Assembly (NCBI GenBank): GCA_015258065.1
Contig: JABZIZ010000003.1
Coordinates: 76,649-140,648 of the forward strand
Direction of reading: 5' to 3'
Length of the DNA stretch: 64,000 nucleotides
Origin: Lachnospiraceae bacterium
GTDB lineage: Bacteria > Bacillota > Clostridia > Lachnospirales > Lachnospiraceae
Shown here: positions 19,138 through 28,714 of the stretch, in pieces
Layout: each line of letters opens with the position of its first letter
Numbering within the stretch: the stretch's first letter is position 1
Notes under the pieces: generated by a model
Seen by the model: only the letters and a program-made list of their open reading frames with translations
Databases searched by the model: none
What the model was told of the DNA's origin: nothing
Program-made: the position numbers and the translations under genes

Positions 19138-20235
19138 TCAAACATTGAACCGGAACAGGATCACATCCCCGTCCTGAACCACATACTCTTTTCCTTCCAT
19201 CCGAACCAGTCCCTTTTCTCTGGCAGCGGACAAAGAGCCTTCCCTTAGCAGATCCTTATAATGAATCGTCTCCGCCTTGATGAATCCTCTTTCGAAGTCA
19301 GAGTGGATTTTTCCCGCAGCCTGAGGCGCTTTCGTCCCGACCGGAATCGTCCAAGCTCTTGTCTCATCTTCTCCCGATGTCAAAAAGCTCATTAAGCCGA
19401 GCGTCCGGTAGCTCGCCCCAATCAATTTCTCCAGTCCCGATTGATGCAATACCAGATCCGCTAGAAATTCCGCCTTTTCCTCTTCATCAAGCTCAGAAAT
19501 CTCTTCTTCGATCTGCGCACTAATGACAAACACCTCAGAGCCATCTTTTTTTGCCCAGTCCCGCAGTGCCTGCACGTAGGGATTGGATGCACCGTCATCC
19601 GCCAGATCATCATCCTTGACATTGGCCGCATAAATCACAGGCTTCCATGTAAGCAGATTGTAACTTGCAATCCATTTCTGCTCATCTTCGTTTTGGATTT
19701 CCATCCCTCTGACGGCTTGATCAGCCTCCAAGCGTTCCTTGATTCGCTTCAAAAACTCAAATTCTCTTCCCGCTTCCTTATCCATCCTTGCCGTCTTCCC
19801 CACCTTTGCCAGACGACGCTCCAGCACTTCCAAGTCCGAGAAAATCAGCTCCAAATTGATTGTTTCAATATCTCTGACCGGATCCACACTCCCGTCCACA
19901 TGCACCACATTGGGATCGTCAAAGCAGCGTACCACATGGACAATCGCATCGACCTCTCTGATATTCGCCAGGAACTGGTTGCCCAGTCCTTCTCCCTTGG
20001 AAGCACCTTTTACCAGCCCTGCAATATCTACAAATTCAATGGTCGCTGGTGTTACTTTCTTGGAATGATAGAGATCCGCCAGCTCCTTTAACCGCTCATC
20101 CGGAACGGCAACCACACCGACATTCGGGTCAATGGTACAAAACGGATAATTTGCCGCCTCTGCCCCCGCCTTCGTCATCGAATTAAACAAGGTGCTCTTA
20201 CCGACATTGGGTAAGCCAACGATTCCTAATTTCAT
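19138..20235 (-). CDS. ychF: Ribosome-binding ATPase YchF
   Basis: G1 motif GLPNVGKST, a TGS domain at the C-terminus, 365 aa. Confidence 0.95.
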   Translation of the reverse strand: MKLGIVGLPNVGKSTLFNSMTKAGAEAANYPFCTIDPNVGVVAVPDERLKELADLYHSKKVTPATIEFVDIAGLVKGASKGEGLGNQFLANIREVDAIVHVVRCFDDPNVVHVDGSVDPVRDIETINLELIFSDLEVLERRLAKVGKTARMDKEAGREFEFLKRIKERLEADQAVRGMEIQNEDEQKWIASYNLLTWKPVIYAANVKDDDLADDGASNPYVQALRDWAKKDGSEVFVISAQIEEEISELDEEEKAEFLADLVLHQSGLEKLIGASYRTLGLMSFLTSGEDETRAWTIPVGTKAPQAAGKIHSDFERGFIKAETIHYKDLLREGSLSAAREKGLVRMEGKEYVVQDGDVILFRFNV

Positions 20236-20400
20236 CTGTTCTTATATCTCCTTTAATGTTTCATCCTCTACAGTTGTAATGTACACATTCATTGTGATCC
20301 CGATTTTAAACGTTAAAAGATAAAAGAAGCCTAAATACAGTATTTTATACAATACCATATCTAAGCTCTTTTGTGTTGCATTTCTTTATTTTAGCTCGGT

Positions 20401-20436
20401 CTTTGACACATATATCGTAAAATGCAGTAAAATAAG
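20401..20436 (+). promoter_or_regulatory. Putative promoter for the CPBP protease gene
   Basis: TTGACA at 20401 and TAAAAT about 19 nt downstream. AT-rich divergent region shared with ychF. Confidence 0.3.
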
Positions 20437-20478
20437 AAGCAGAGAAATGTAACTACAAAATCAGATCGGAGGTAAAAA

Positions 20479-21294
20479 TTGAATCGTTTGATAAAAGAAC
20501 CCAAAAGAATTTTTTTCTTACTGTTTCCGGCAATTCTCTTATACCTGTATGACAGGGTGGCAGAATTGTTGATTGTGCTCGTTCAGCAGAGCTTTTCGTG
20601 GTTCCATGTTTCCGCTTCCTTTATAAGCACCAGCGCCAGCTTTATGGATGCCACCCTTTCGGTCCTGCTGACAATCCTGCTCGTGATTGTTTATCGGATC
20701 ATGTTCCGGAAAAAAAAGGCAGAAGTCTCCCTTTCTCTTCCGAAGGGCCTGCTGTTTGCCACTGTCATCGGTTTCGGCGCCGGAGGAATCGCAACGATTT
20801 GGCTTGATTTCATTGACTATCTCACCCTCCATTTTCATGTTTTGCAAGAAGAATCCTCTGCTTTCTCCGGAATGTATGACGATCTGGAGCAGGGGCCCTA
20901 CTTGTTCACCTTCCTTGCCATCGTCGCTTTTGGACCAATGGTAGAAGAAATCCTCTTCCGCGGGCTGATCTTCCGCTCTTTTGAAGAAGTAACGTCTCTT
21001 CCCTGGTTTGCCTTTGTCTTGTCGGGTGTTTTATTCGGCATCTGGCACGGCAGTTTTATTCAGGGCGTTTATACCGCGATCATGGGGATCATCCTCGGAT
21101 ATTTTATCAAGAAAACAAGATCTTTTCTCTTTGTCATCTTCGCCCATGCCGTAAACAATTTAAGTGGAACACTCCCCCCTTCCCTGGATACCGATGCGAA
21201 TAACACGCTGATTACATGGCTCTCCTATCTTTGTATACTTCCTGCCCTCGTTATTCTGTTCTATCTGCATCAAAAGAGCAAACAAAAAGCGTGA
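20479..21294 (+). CDS. CPBP-family intramembrane glutamic endopeptidase (CAAX protease/Abi)
   Basis: TTG start with a GGAGG SD. Motifs EEILFRG, FGIWHG and FAHAVNN. Polytopic. Confidence 0.8.
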   Translation: MNRLIKEPKRIFFLLFPAILLYLYDRVAELLIVLVQQSFSWFHVSASFISTSASFMDATLSVLLTILLVIVYRIMFRKKKAEVSLSLPKGLLFATVIGFGAGGIATIWLDFIDYLTLHFHVLQEESSAFSGMYDDLEQGPYLFTFLAIVAFGPMVEEILFRGLIFRSFEEVTSLPWFAFVLSGVLFGIWHGSFIQGVYTAIMGIILGYFIKKTRSFLFVIFAHAVNNLSGTLPPSLDTDANNTLITWLSYLCILPALVILFYLHQKSKQKA

Positions 21295-21321
21295 TGGTTC
21301 TTCCATCACGCCACTTTTCCC

Positions 21322-21759
21322 TTAACGATCCTCTCTGTCATCGTCCGGATCAAAAAGAGCATCATCCTCCCCCTGTCCCTCATGATCGGACATGAATTCA
21401 CGGGCGGACACCCGGTTTCGCACACGCTCTCTTTCCACCTGATCGGAGATCATCTCCTTGACCTCTTCGCTGTTCTTGACATTGATGATATCAAAGCAGC
21501 TCAGATCTTTATCGGAAGAATCAATATGAATCGTCCCCATCCCAAAAATTTTCTGGATCAGCGTCCGTTTCAAACTGACATTCATAATACGGTAAAGGCG
21601 AACCTCCTGTTCCGAAGTATTCAGGAGCCCTTTTTCAACAAACAACCGATCCTCGGACATCCCGTATTTGGTAAAGGTCCAAGGCAGACCACACCATAAG
21701 TGCATTCTGGAATACCATTTCATCTTTTCTTTTTTCATCACATCAGCCTTTCTGTACAA
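21322..21759 (-). CDS. Bacterial PH-domain protein (YdbS/bPH_2-like) with an acidic C-terminal tail
   Basis: 145 aa. The pattern (RLFVEKGLLNTSEQEVRLYRIMNVSLKRTLIQKIFGMGTIHIDSS) fits bPH_2. No transmembrane segments. Confidence 0.55.
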   Translation of the reverse strand: MYRKADVMKKEKMKWYSRMHLWCGLPWTFTKYGMSEDRLFVEKGLLNTSEQEVRLYRIMNVSLKRTLIQKIFGMGTIHIDSSDKDLSCFDIINVKNSEEVKEMISDQVERERVRNRVSAREFMSDHEGQGEDDALFDPDDDREDR

Positions 21760-21892
21760 ATATTACGTCTCTTTCAAGGAGATATCCCCTTTCCTAAACG
21801 ATCAGACCTTTCTGGATATCCAACCGATTGCATGACGCTTCCCCCTCTCCATGACGGTCAAACCTTCAATGAGATCTCCCTCTTCAAAGCGA

Positions 21893-22798
21893 TCAGACCT
21901 TCTTGTATACCGGTCGATTCCCCTTCAATTCTTCATAAAACATCCTGTAATTTTCATAACGAATCCTGGAAATCTCCCCCGCTTCCACAGCTCTCTTAAC
22001 GCCGCAAACCGGTTCCGATAAATGCATGCAACCGGCAAATTTACACTGCTCCAGGTAGGGTTCAAATTCCGGATAATAGTTTTTTAGAGAAGTACTCTCC
22101 ACATCTTTTAAAAAAAGGGAGCTGAAACCTGGTGTATCCATGATCCAGCTGTCCGCTTCCCTCTCATCCCGCAGAATGGGAAAGATCTCCGCATGCCTTG
22201 TCGTATTCTTTCCGCGCTCTATTTTTCTAGACAGAGCGCCGACTTCCATCCCCGCTTGTGGGTGAAGGAGATTGATCAGAGAGGATTTCCCCACACCGGA
22301 GGGCCCGGCAATCACCGTTGTTTTCCCCGCCAGTAAGGATTTCAGTTCATCTATCCCTTCCTCCTTGGCAACGGACAGGAACAGAACCGGATAGCCGCAA
22401 CCGGTGTAGGCCTGCGCAAGGGACTGCCGATCTTCTACAGAAGAAATGTCTCCCTTATTGAAACAGATGAGCACCGGAAGGTTTTGCTGCTTCATCATGA
22501 TCAGAAACCGATCCAGGAGATAAAAGCTCGGGTTTGGCTTCTTGATGGCGAAAACCACCAGCGCCTGATCTACATTTGCCACTGACGGGCGTAGAATTGC
22601 ATTTTTTCTTGGTAAAATACGAGTGAGACTTCCTTCGGCGTCTTGCTCGTGCACTACCTCGAATTCCGCATCATCTCCCACGAGCGGCTTGATTCCTTGT
22701 TTTCGAAAGATCCCCTTGGCACGGCAAATGTATACTCTTCCATCTCCCGCGTCCAGATAATAGAAGCCGGATACTCCCTTTCTTATTTTTCCCTTCAA
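21893..22798 (-). CDS. rsgA: Ribosome small-subunit-dependent GTPase A
   Basis: Circularly permuted GTPase with GPSGVGKSSLINLL and a C-terminal zinc knuckle (CKFAGCMHLSEPVCGV). Confidence 0.9.
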   Translation of the reverse strand: MKGKIRKGVSGFYYLDAGDGRVYICRAKGIFRKQGIKPLVGDDAEFEVVHEQDAEGSLTRILPRKNAILRPSVANVDQALVVFAIKKPNPSFYLLDRFLIMMKQQNLPVLICFNKGDISSVEDRQSLAQAYTGCGYPVLFLSVAKEEGIDELKSLLAGKTTVIAGPSGVGKSSLINLLHPQAGMEVGALSRKIERGKNTTRHAEIFPILRDEREADSWIMDTPGFSSLFLKDVESTSLKNYYPEFEPYLEQCKFAGCMHLSEPVCGVKRAVEAGEISRIRYENYRMFYEELKGNRPVYKKV

Positions 22799-22837
22799 GG
22801 ATTCCTTTCAGATGTTCTGATCACATCACCTTTTTGT

Positions 22838-24838
22838 TCATTCCTTTGTGAAAGACACAGCCCTCGTGACCGTGCGCTGCTCGCTTTTGCCCGGCGTCAC
22901 ATTTCCGTTTGCGTCCACCGTATCCGGCGTCGTTACGGTATAAACCATCTTGATGGCACCGGTAGGCACCTTCAGCCCATGCGCCGTCACCGGGCCATAA
23001 GGGAATTCCGTCGCTGTCGTATTCAGAATGACCGTTCCATCCGAGGCGATAAAGATGATCTGTACCGGTACTCCTGCCGTATAATCAGAGGCCTCCTGTG
23101 AGGTGGGCGCTGCAATGGTTCCGTCAAAATAATAAGAAACCTTTTCCGGGCCGGTGCTAATCTCCAGGTTTACCAGAGAGTTCGGATCCGCCTCTTCTCC
23201 CGCAGCGGGTGCCTGTCTGGAAATGGTATCTGCTTTCACCTCCGCACTACTGACCGGTGTAATGGTACCTACGCGCAGACCTGCCTCAATCAAGGTCGCA
23301 ACCGCCGTATCTTCCGGCATATTGACGACATTCGGTACTTTGACTTTCTGTACCGATGCGGACGCAGATGCAGATGCACTGGAACCGGAAGGTACCGTCG
23401 CCGAAGACGATCCGGCACCATTCCCCGTGGCAACCCTGATCTTCACTTCCGAACCGGATGGTGCAAACGTGCCTGCCGCCGGTTCCTGTCCGGTGACTGT
23501 ATTCCTGCTCTTACCACTCTCTGTGTCATCCTCCTTCACCACCGTAAATCCCTTGCCTTGCAAGATGGACTTTGCCTCTGCGAAAGAGGTTCCGCTAACA
23601 TCCGGAATCTCAATTCCGCTTGCCCCCACAGAGGAATCCTGTCCGGATCCATTCGTTTTATCACCAAAAAATCCCGCCTTGGTGCCGAATACAAAGAGAA
23701 GAATCACCAGCACCAGAATGCCGACGATCACACCAAGAATCAAAGTGACCTTTTCAATTTCCGGTCCCTCTTCCTCCTCCAGATCGTCCTCGTCATGATA
23801 CCTTCTCCTAACGGGATCCTCCTCCAAATCGTCTATTCTACGCTTCTTTCTGCTTCCATTTCCGGAAGTTTCCGATTTCTTTTTCACACGCCTGACCGGC
23901 GGTTCATCCTCATCCGGATACCTTTGGAGCTCTCTGCGCAGTTCTCTGTCTTCTTTCTCTGTGGCGATTCGTGTGGCATTCTCTTCATCCGGATCCACTA
24001 GATGTACAAAATCCTCGTCCGGAGTAATGAGAGACTGTTTCAAATCACGAATCAATTCGGAAGCAGACTGATATCGTCTGTCGGGAGATTTTTGACAACA
24101 CTTCAGTACGATCTTCTCGACACTAAGCGGAATATCCGGTACATATTTGCGCACCGATGGAATTGGCTCCTGAATGTGTTTGATGGCAATGGCAACCGTC
24201 GTATCTCCGTTAAAGGGAACCCTTCCGGTTAACATTTCAAAGAGTGTAACGCCCAGAGAATAAATATCACTCTTGGCATCGGAATAGCCGCCTCTTGCCT
24301 GTTCGGGCGAAGTGTAGTGCACCGATCCCATTACATTCGACGTAATGGTATTGCTGGTTGCAGCCTTTGCAATGCCAAAATCGGTCACCTTCACTTTGCC
24401 TTCCCTCGAGATCATGATATTCTGCGGTTTAATATCCCGATGAATGACGTTATTCCGATGTGCCGCCTCCAGCCCCATTGCTACCTGAATCGTTATGCTG
24501 ACTGCCTCTCTCACCGTCAGTCTGTTTTTTTCTTCAATATACTTTTTCAGAGTGATGCCATCTACCAGTTCCATCACAATATAGTAGACACCGTTTTCGT
24601 CTCCGACATCATAAACATTCACAATATTCGGATGCATTAACCCGGCAGCTGCCTGTGCCTCCGTTCGAAATTTGGACACAAAGTTCTCGTTCTCCGCAAA
24701 CTCCTGGCGGAGAATCTTCATTGCGACCATGCGATTCAGTTTATGATCCTTTGCCCGGTAAACATCGGACATCCCGCCGGTTCCGATTTTCTCCAGAATC
24801 TCGTACCGGTCCCCCATAACGGTTCCCATCTTGATCAT
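22838..24838 (-). CDS. prkC: Ser/Thr protein kinase with PASTA repeats (PrkC/StkP-like)
   Basis: Hanks kinase motifs (VAMK, HRDIKPQN, DFGIA, SPEQ), a transmembrane segment, PASTA domains, and an extra Ig-like C-terminal region. Confidence 0.9.
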   Translation of the reverse strand: MIKMGTVMGDRYEILEKIGTGGMSDVYRAKDHKLNRMVAMKILRQEFAENENFVSKFRTEAQAAAGLMHPNIVNVYDVGDENGVYYIVMELVDGITLKKYIEEKNRLTVREAVSITIQVAMGLEAAHRNNVIHRDIKPQNIMISREGKVKVTDFGIAKAATSNTITSNVMGSVHYTSPEQARGGYSDAKSDIYSLGVTLFEMLTGRVPFNGDTTVAIAIKHIQEPIPSVRKYVPDIPLSVEKIVLKCCQKSPDRRYQSASELIRDLKQSLITPDEDFVHLVDPDEENATRIATEKEDRELRRELQRYPDEDEPPVRRVKKKSETSGNGSRKKRRIDDLEEDPVRRRYHDEDDLEEEEGPEIEKVTLILGVIVGILVLVILLFVFGTKAGFFGDKTNGSGQDSSVGASGIEIPDVSGTSFAEAKSILQGKGFTVVKEDDTESGKSRNTVTGQEPAAGTFAPSGSEVKIRVATGNGAGSSSATVPSGSSASASASASVQKVKVPNVVNMPEDTAVATLIEAGLRVGTITPVSSAEVKADTISRQAPAAGEEADPNSLVNLEISTGPEKVSYYFDGTIAAPTSQEASDYTAGVPVQIIFIASDGTVILNTTATEFPYGPVTAHGLKVPTGAIKMVYTVTTPDTVDANGNVTPGKSEQRTVTRAVSFTKE

Positions 24839-25605
24839 AGTTTACCCTCTTGATGCCTCTTCGTTGCGATATGATCGGAAGCAAACGGCTCAATCAGAAT
24901 GACTGCAATATTGTCTCTGCCTCCCTGATCATTGGCTGCATCTACCAACTTCTGCGCCATCTCCACCACATCCCTCTGTCCGTTTACAATCATGCGGATC
25001 TCTTCGTCTTCCAGCATATTGGTCAGTCCGTCCGAACACATCAGGATCTTATCCTGCTGCTCCAACTCTACATCAAAAAAATCGACATTCACCTCATCAT
25101 CCGCACCCACCGCACGGGTAATGATATTTTTCTCCGCATGGTGTCTGGCCATCTTTTCATCAATACCGCCCATGCGGACCATTTCCTCTACCAGAGAGTG
25201 GTCTTTGGTGATCTGACGAATGCGATCACTGATAATATAAAGTCTGGAATCTCCCACATTGGCGACCAAAAGGTGTCTTCCCACGACCGTGGAAGCTACG
25301 ACCGTAGTTCCCATGCCGAATAAATGCACATCCTTTGCTGCCAGCTCTCTTAACCTGGTGTTTGCACGGGAGATTGCCTGTCTCAAAATGCGCACCGGAC
25401 TTTGCAGGGCACAGTGTGCAATCTCTTCCACCATGGTATCTACTGCAACTTTTGAGGCATATTCCCCTGCGTTCTGACCGCCCATTCCATCCGCAACAAT
25501 AAACACATTGGGCAAATTTCCAATGCGCGTTTCACAGGAATAGACATAGTCCTGATTCAGTTTTCTTTTTTTACCAATATCCGTGATGGAAAAAGTCTTT
25601 ACCAA
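24835..25605 (-). CDS. prpC: PP2C-family Ser/Thr phosphatase (Stp/PrpC)
   Basis: DGMGG motif and full-length fit to PP2C. Overlaps prkC by 4 nt. Confidence 0.9.
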   Translation of the reverse strand: MVKTFSITDIGKKRKLNQDYVYSCETRIGNLPNVFIVADGMGGQNAGEYASKVAVDTMVEEIAHCALQSPVRILRQAISRANTRLRELAAKDVHLFGMGTTVVASTVVGRHLLVANVGDSRLYIISDRIRQITKDHSLVEEMVRMGGIDEKMARHHAEKNIITRAVGADDEVNVDFFDVELEQQDKILMCSDGLTNMLEDEEIRMIVNGQRDVVEMAQKLVDAANDQGGRDNIAVILIEPFASDHIATKRHQEGKL

Positions 25606-25650
25606 AAGAAGAATACTCCCTCAAAAAGAATAAGACAAAAAAGCAGCGCA

Positions 25651-26676
25651 TCAGATCTGCTGCGTCATGACTCTTCGACGAAGCTGTCCACACGCGCCGT
25701 CAATATCCTGCCCCATTTCTCTCCTAATAGTAACATTTATTCCGTTTTTTTCAAGATTTTTCTGAAACAAGAGCGCTGCCCGCCTGGAGCTTGCTTGAAA
25801 ACTTCTTTCTCTCACGGGATTCACCGGAATCAAATTGACCAGGCAATTGAAATCTTTTAACAGATCCGCCAGCTGCTTTGCATCGGAATCCGCATCATTT
25901 TGTCCTGCAATCAAGGCATATTCAAACGTGATTTGACGCCCTGTTTTTTGAAAATATATTTTACAGGCCTGCATCAGGGAAGGAAGATCGTACTTCCTGG
26001 CGACCGGCATCAGCATCTGCCTTTTTTCCTGGGTCGGTGCATGAAGGGAAATCGCAAGATTAATCTGCCGTTTTTCTTCTGCAAAACGAAGAATTCCGGG
26101 GACAATCCCGCAGGTTGAGACCGTGAGGTGCCTGGCCGAAAGATTTTGTCCATGGGGGTCGCAGATCAAAGAAAGAAAGCGCAGCACCTGATCCTGGTTC
26201 TCCATTGGCTCTCCACTCCCCATGATAACCACATGAGAAATCTTCTCTCCCACCTCTCTTTGCACAAGGTACACTTGCTCCAGCATTTCCGATGCACTCA
26301 AATTCCGCACGACGCCTTCCAGGGTGGAGGCACAGAAGGCACAGCCCATACGACAGCCGACCTGGGAGGATATACAAACGCTGCTTCCGAAGCGGTACTT
26401 CATATAAACACTTTCGATCAAATTCCCGTCGTCGAGCGAAAACAGGTATTTTCTGGTTGCATCCTTTTTTGATTTCTGCACCTGAGCGATTTGTAATTGC
26501 ACCAAAGGGGGAAGACTCTCTCTCAATTTCTTAGGAAGATTGGTCATTTGATCATAAGAAGAAGCTGTTTTTTCGTGCATCCAGGAAAAAAGTTGTCTCG
26601 CCCGATAGGCTCCTTCTCCTCTTTCCCTCATATATGCCGTCAGTTCTTCTATGGTCATGGACTTTACATCCGTCAT
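25651..26676 (-). CDS. rlmN: 23S rRNA/tRNA adenine-C2 methyltransferase RlmN (radical SAM)
   Basis: CRMGCAFCAS radical-SAM cluster motif, conserved N-terminal helix (YRARQLFSWMH) and the C-terminal Cys. Confidence 0.95.
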   Translation of the reverse strand: MTDVKSMTIEELTAYMRERGEGAYRARQLFSWMHEKTASSYDQMTNLPKKLRESLPPLVQLQIAQVQKSKKDATRKYLFSLDDGNLIESVYMKYRFGSSVCISSQVGCRMGCAFCASTLEGVVRNLSASEMLEQVYLVQREVGEKISHVVIMGSGEPMENQDQVLRFLSLICDPHGQNLSARHLTVSTCGIVPGILRFAEEKRQINLAISLHAPTQEKRQMLMPVARKYDLPSLMQACKIYFQKTGRQITFEYALIAGQNDADSDAKQLADLLKDFNCLVNLIPVNPVRERSFQASSRRAALLFQKNLEKNGINVTIRREMGQDIDGACGQLRRRVMTQQI

Positions 26677-26682
26677 TCGCTC

Positions 26683-28038
26683 TCACTTCTTTCTGAATTT
26701 GGCAATAAAAAACCCGTCTGTGTCCATTTCTCCCGGCAATAATTGTTTCCGGTACAGACCGGATCCCAACCGGTCAGAAGAAAACAGGTCCCCCTCAAGG
26801 GGTAGATTCTTCAGAATCCAATCCGCATTCTCTTCATTTTCTTTGCGGGAAATCGTGCAGGTACTATACATAAGGACGCCGCCCGGCTTCAGATATTCAA
26901 TCGCATTGCGTAGAATTTTTCGTTGCAGCAAGACAAGAGAATCGATATCTTCTGAGGAAAGACGATACTTGATTTCCGGTTTCCTGCCGATTACCCCCAG
27001 ACCGGAACAAGGCAGATCGCAATATAGGAAATCCGCCTGATTGACCAAATCCGGATAAAATTGTGTGGCATCGCGCGGGGCAATTACAACCTCATGCAAG
27101 CGAAGACGCTCTGCACCTTCCCGGATCTTTTCACATTTCTTCTCGGTCAGATCGTATGCAAACACCTGCCCGCTCTCTTCCTTATGTTCTCCTGCAAGTA
27201 CCGCCAGTCTTGTCGCAGCATGCAGGCTCTTTCCACCCGGTGCCGCACACACATCTACTACTGTGGCATTTCTGGTTAAACCGGCCAGCTCCGTTACCAA
27301 CATCGAACTCACGTCCTGGATCGCAAAAAGTCCCTCTTGATACCCCGGGAGAAAGGAGAGATTATCCGTATGGGATAAGGAGAGGGCATAAGGAAGAAAC
27401 GTCTTTTTTACTTCCGCCTCTTTTTGCAAAAGGGCAATTTCTATTTCCCGTTCTTTGCTGCTTAACCGTTCATCCAGCCGAATCGTCACCGGTCGGGGAC
27501 ACAGAAGCGCCTCACAGATTTGTGCCGTTCTTGCCTGTCCGTATTCCTCTTCCCAAAGATCTACGATCCAACCCGGCATGGAGTATCGAATGGAAGAACC
27601 TGGAAAAGAAAGCACCTCCTTCTGTCTGGCAATCGTCCGGAGTACACCGTTGACAAAACCTCTCAAAGAGGAGAACCCATGCTGCACCGCCAGCTTCACC
27701 GTCTCATTGACTGCGGCGGAATCCGGGACTCGATCCATAAACAGCAGCTGATAAGCCCCCATCCGGAGGAGTTCCCTGATGAGCGGCTTCATCTTGCTCA
27801 CTTTTCTGCTGGCATAGGAATCCAGAACAAAATCAAGCGTGATTCTGCGGTCGATGCAACCGACAGCTACACGCTTGATAAAAGCTTTTTGCTCCGATCG
27901 TAAAAAATCATATTTTTGCAACAGTTCTTTTAAAAGGTCAGAAAAAGGAACTGTACTTTTTTCCTCCTCCAACAGAAGCTGCAAAACCAGTTCTCGTTCC
28001 GTATTCAAATTAGTTCCTTCTCCGGTTTGCCAGGGCAA
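26683..28038 (-). CDS. rsmB: 16S rRNA m5C967 methyltransferase RsmB (Sun)
   Basis: N-terminal NusB-like domain, SAM-binding motif DVCAAPGGKS, and catalytic DLPCSGLGV. Confidence 0.9.
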   Translation of the reverse strand: MPWQTGEGTNLNTERELVLQLLLEEEKSTVPFSDLLKELLQKYDFLRSEQKAFIKRVAVGCIDRRITLDFVLDSYASRKVSKMKPLIRELLRMGAYQLLFMDRVPDSAAVNETVKLAVQHGFSSLRGFVNGVLRTIARQKEVLSFPGSSIRYSMPGWIVDLWEEEYGQARTAQICEALLCPRPVTIRLDERLSSKEREIEIALLQKEAEVKKTFLPYALSLSHTDNLSFLPGYQEGLFAIQDVSSMLVTELAGLTRNATVVDVCAAPGGKSLHAATRLAVLAGEHKEESGQVFAYDLTEKKCEKIREGAERLRLHEVVIAPRDATQFYPDLVNQADFLYCDLPCSGLGVIGRKPEIKYRLSSEDIDSLVLLQRKILRNAIEYLKPGGVLMYSTCTISRKENEENADWILKNLPLEGDLFSSDRLGSGLYRKQLLPGEMDTDGFFIAKFRKK

Positions 28039-28714
28039 GAAGTCTCAATAGCTGTAATACTGAGGAAACCGCCGCCGCCACATAGGTCATTGCTGCAGCA
28101 AACAAAACACTTCTCGCCATCTGTTTCTCATCGCTCCCCAGTATGCCATAATCCCCCAGCATTCGAAGGGCACGGTGAGAGGCATCCAGCTCCACCGGCA
28201 AGGTGACGACCTGAAACAGAACCGCAAAAACGAAGATCCAAATTCCTAAAGAAGTCAAGGCTTGCCCCAATACCCCGCTTCCTAGAAGCAGTCCGATAAA
28301 AACCATCGGAAGACCGAGGTTGGAACCAAAATTAGCCGCAGGCACCAGGGCCGCACGAATTTTCAATGGAATATACCCCGTCTCATGCTGCATGACATGA
28401 CCGCACTCATGTGCCGCAACACCGAGGGCGGCTACCGACGTTTGATCGTAAACGGCATCCGATAAATTCACTGTTTTGCTTCCCGGATCGAAGTGATCGG
28501 TCAGATTTCCCGGAACATGTCTGATTTGCACATCCGTGACATGATTTTGATCAAGGATCCGCTTTGCCACCTGTGCCCCCGTCATCCCGCACATGCTGCG
28601 TATCTTCGCATACTTTCGATAAGTACTTTGCACGCCGAAGCTAGCCAACATACAGAGCCCTGCCCCGATAAAAACCAAAAGATAAGTCGGATCAAAACCA
28701 TAATAATATCCCAT
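28010..28714 (-). CDS. Membrane zinc metallopeptidase, YugP-like (PF04298)
   Basis: HECGH zinc motif, an N-terminal transmembrane segment, and full-length similarity to the YugP family. Confidence 0.75.
   Translation of the reverse strand: MGYYYGFDPTYLLVFIGAGLCMLASFGVQSTYRKYAKIRSMCGMTGAQVAKRILDQNHVTDVQIRHVPGNLTDHFDPGSKTVNLSDAVYDQTSVAALGVAAHECGHVMQHETGYIPLKIRAALVPAANFGSNLGLPMVFIGLLLGSGVLGQALTSLGIWIFVFAVLFQVVTLPVELDASHRALRMLGDYGILGSDEKQMARSVLFAAAMTYVAAAVSSVLQLLRLLALANRRRN

Noticed and set aside
20236-20478. Possible small RNA or riboswitch in the 243-nt ychF / CPBP divergent region
   Set aside because: The region is AT-rich with promoter-like hexamers but has no convincing conserved stem-loops, so it is better explained as two divergent promoters.
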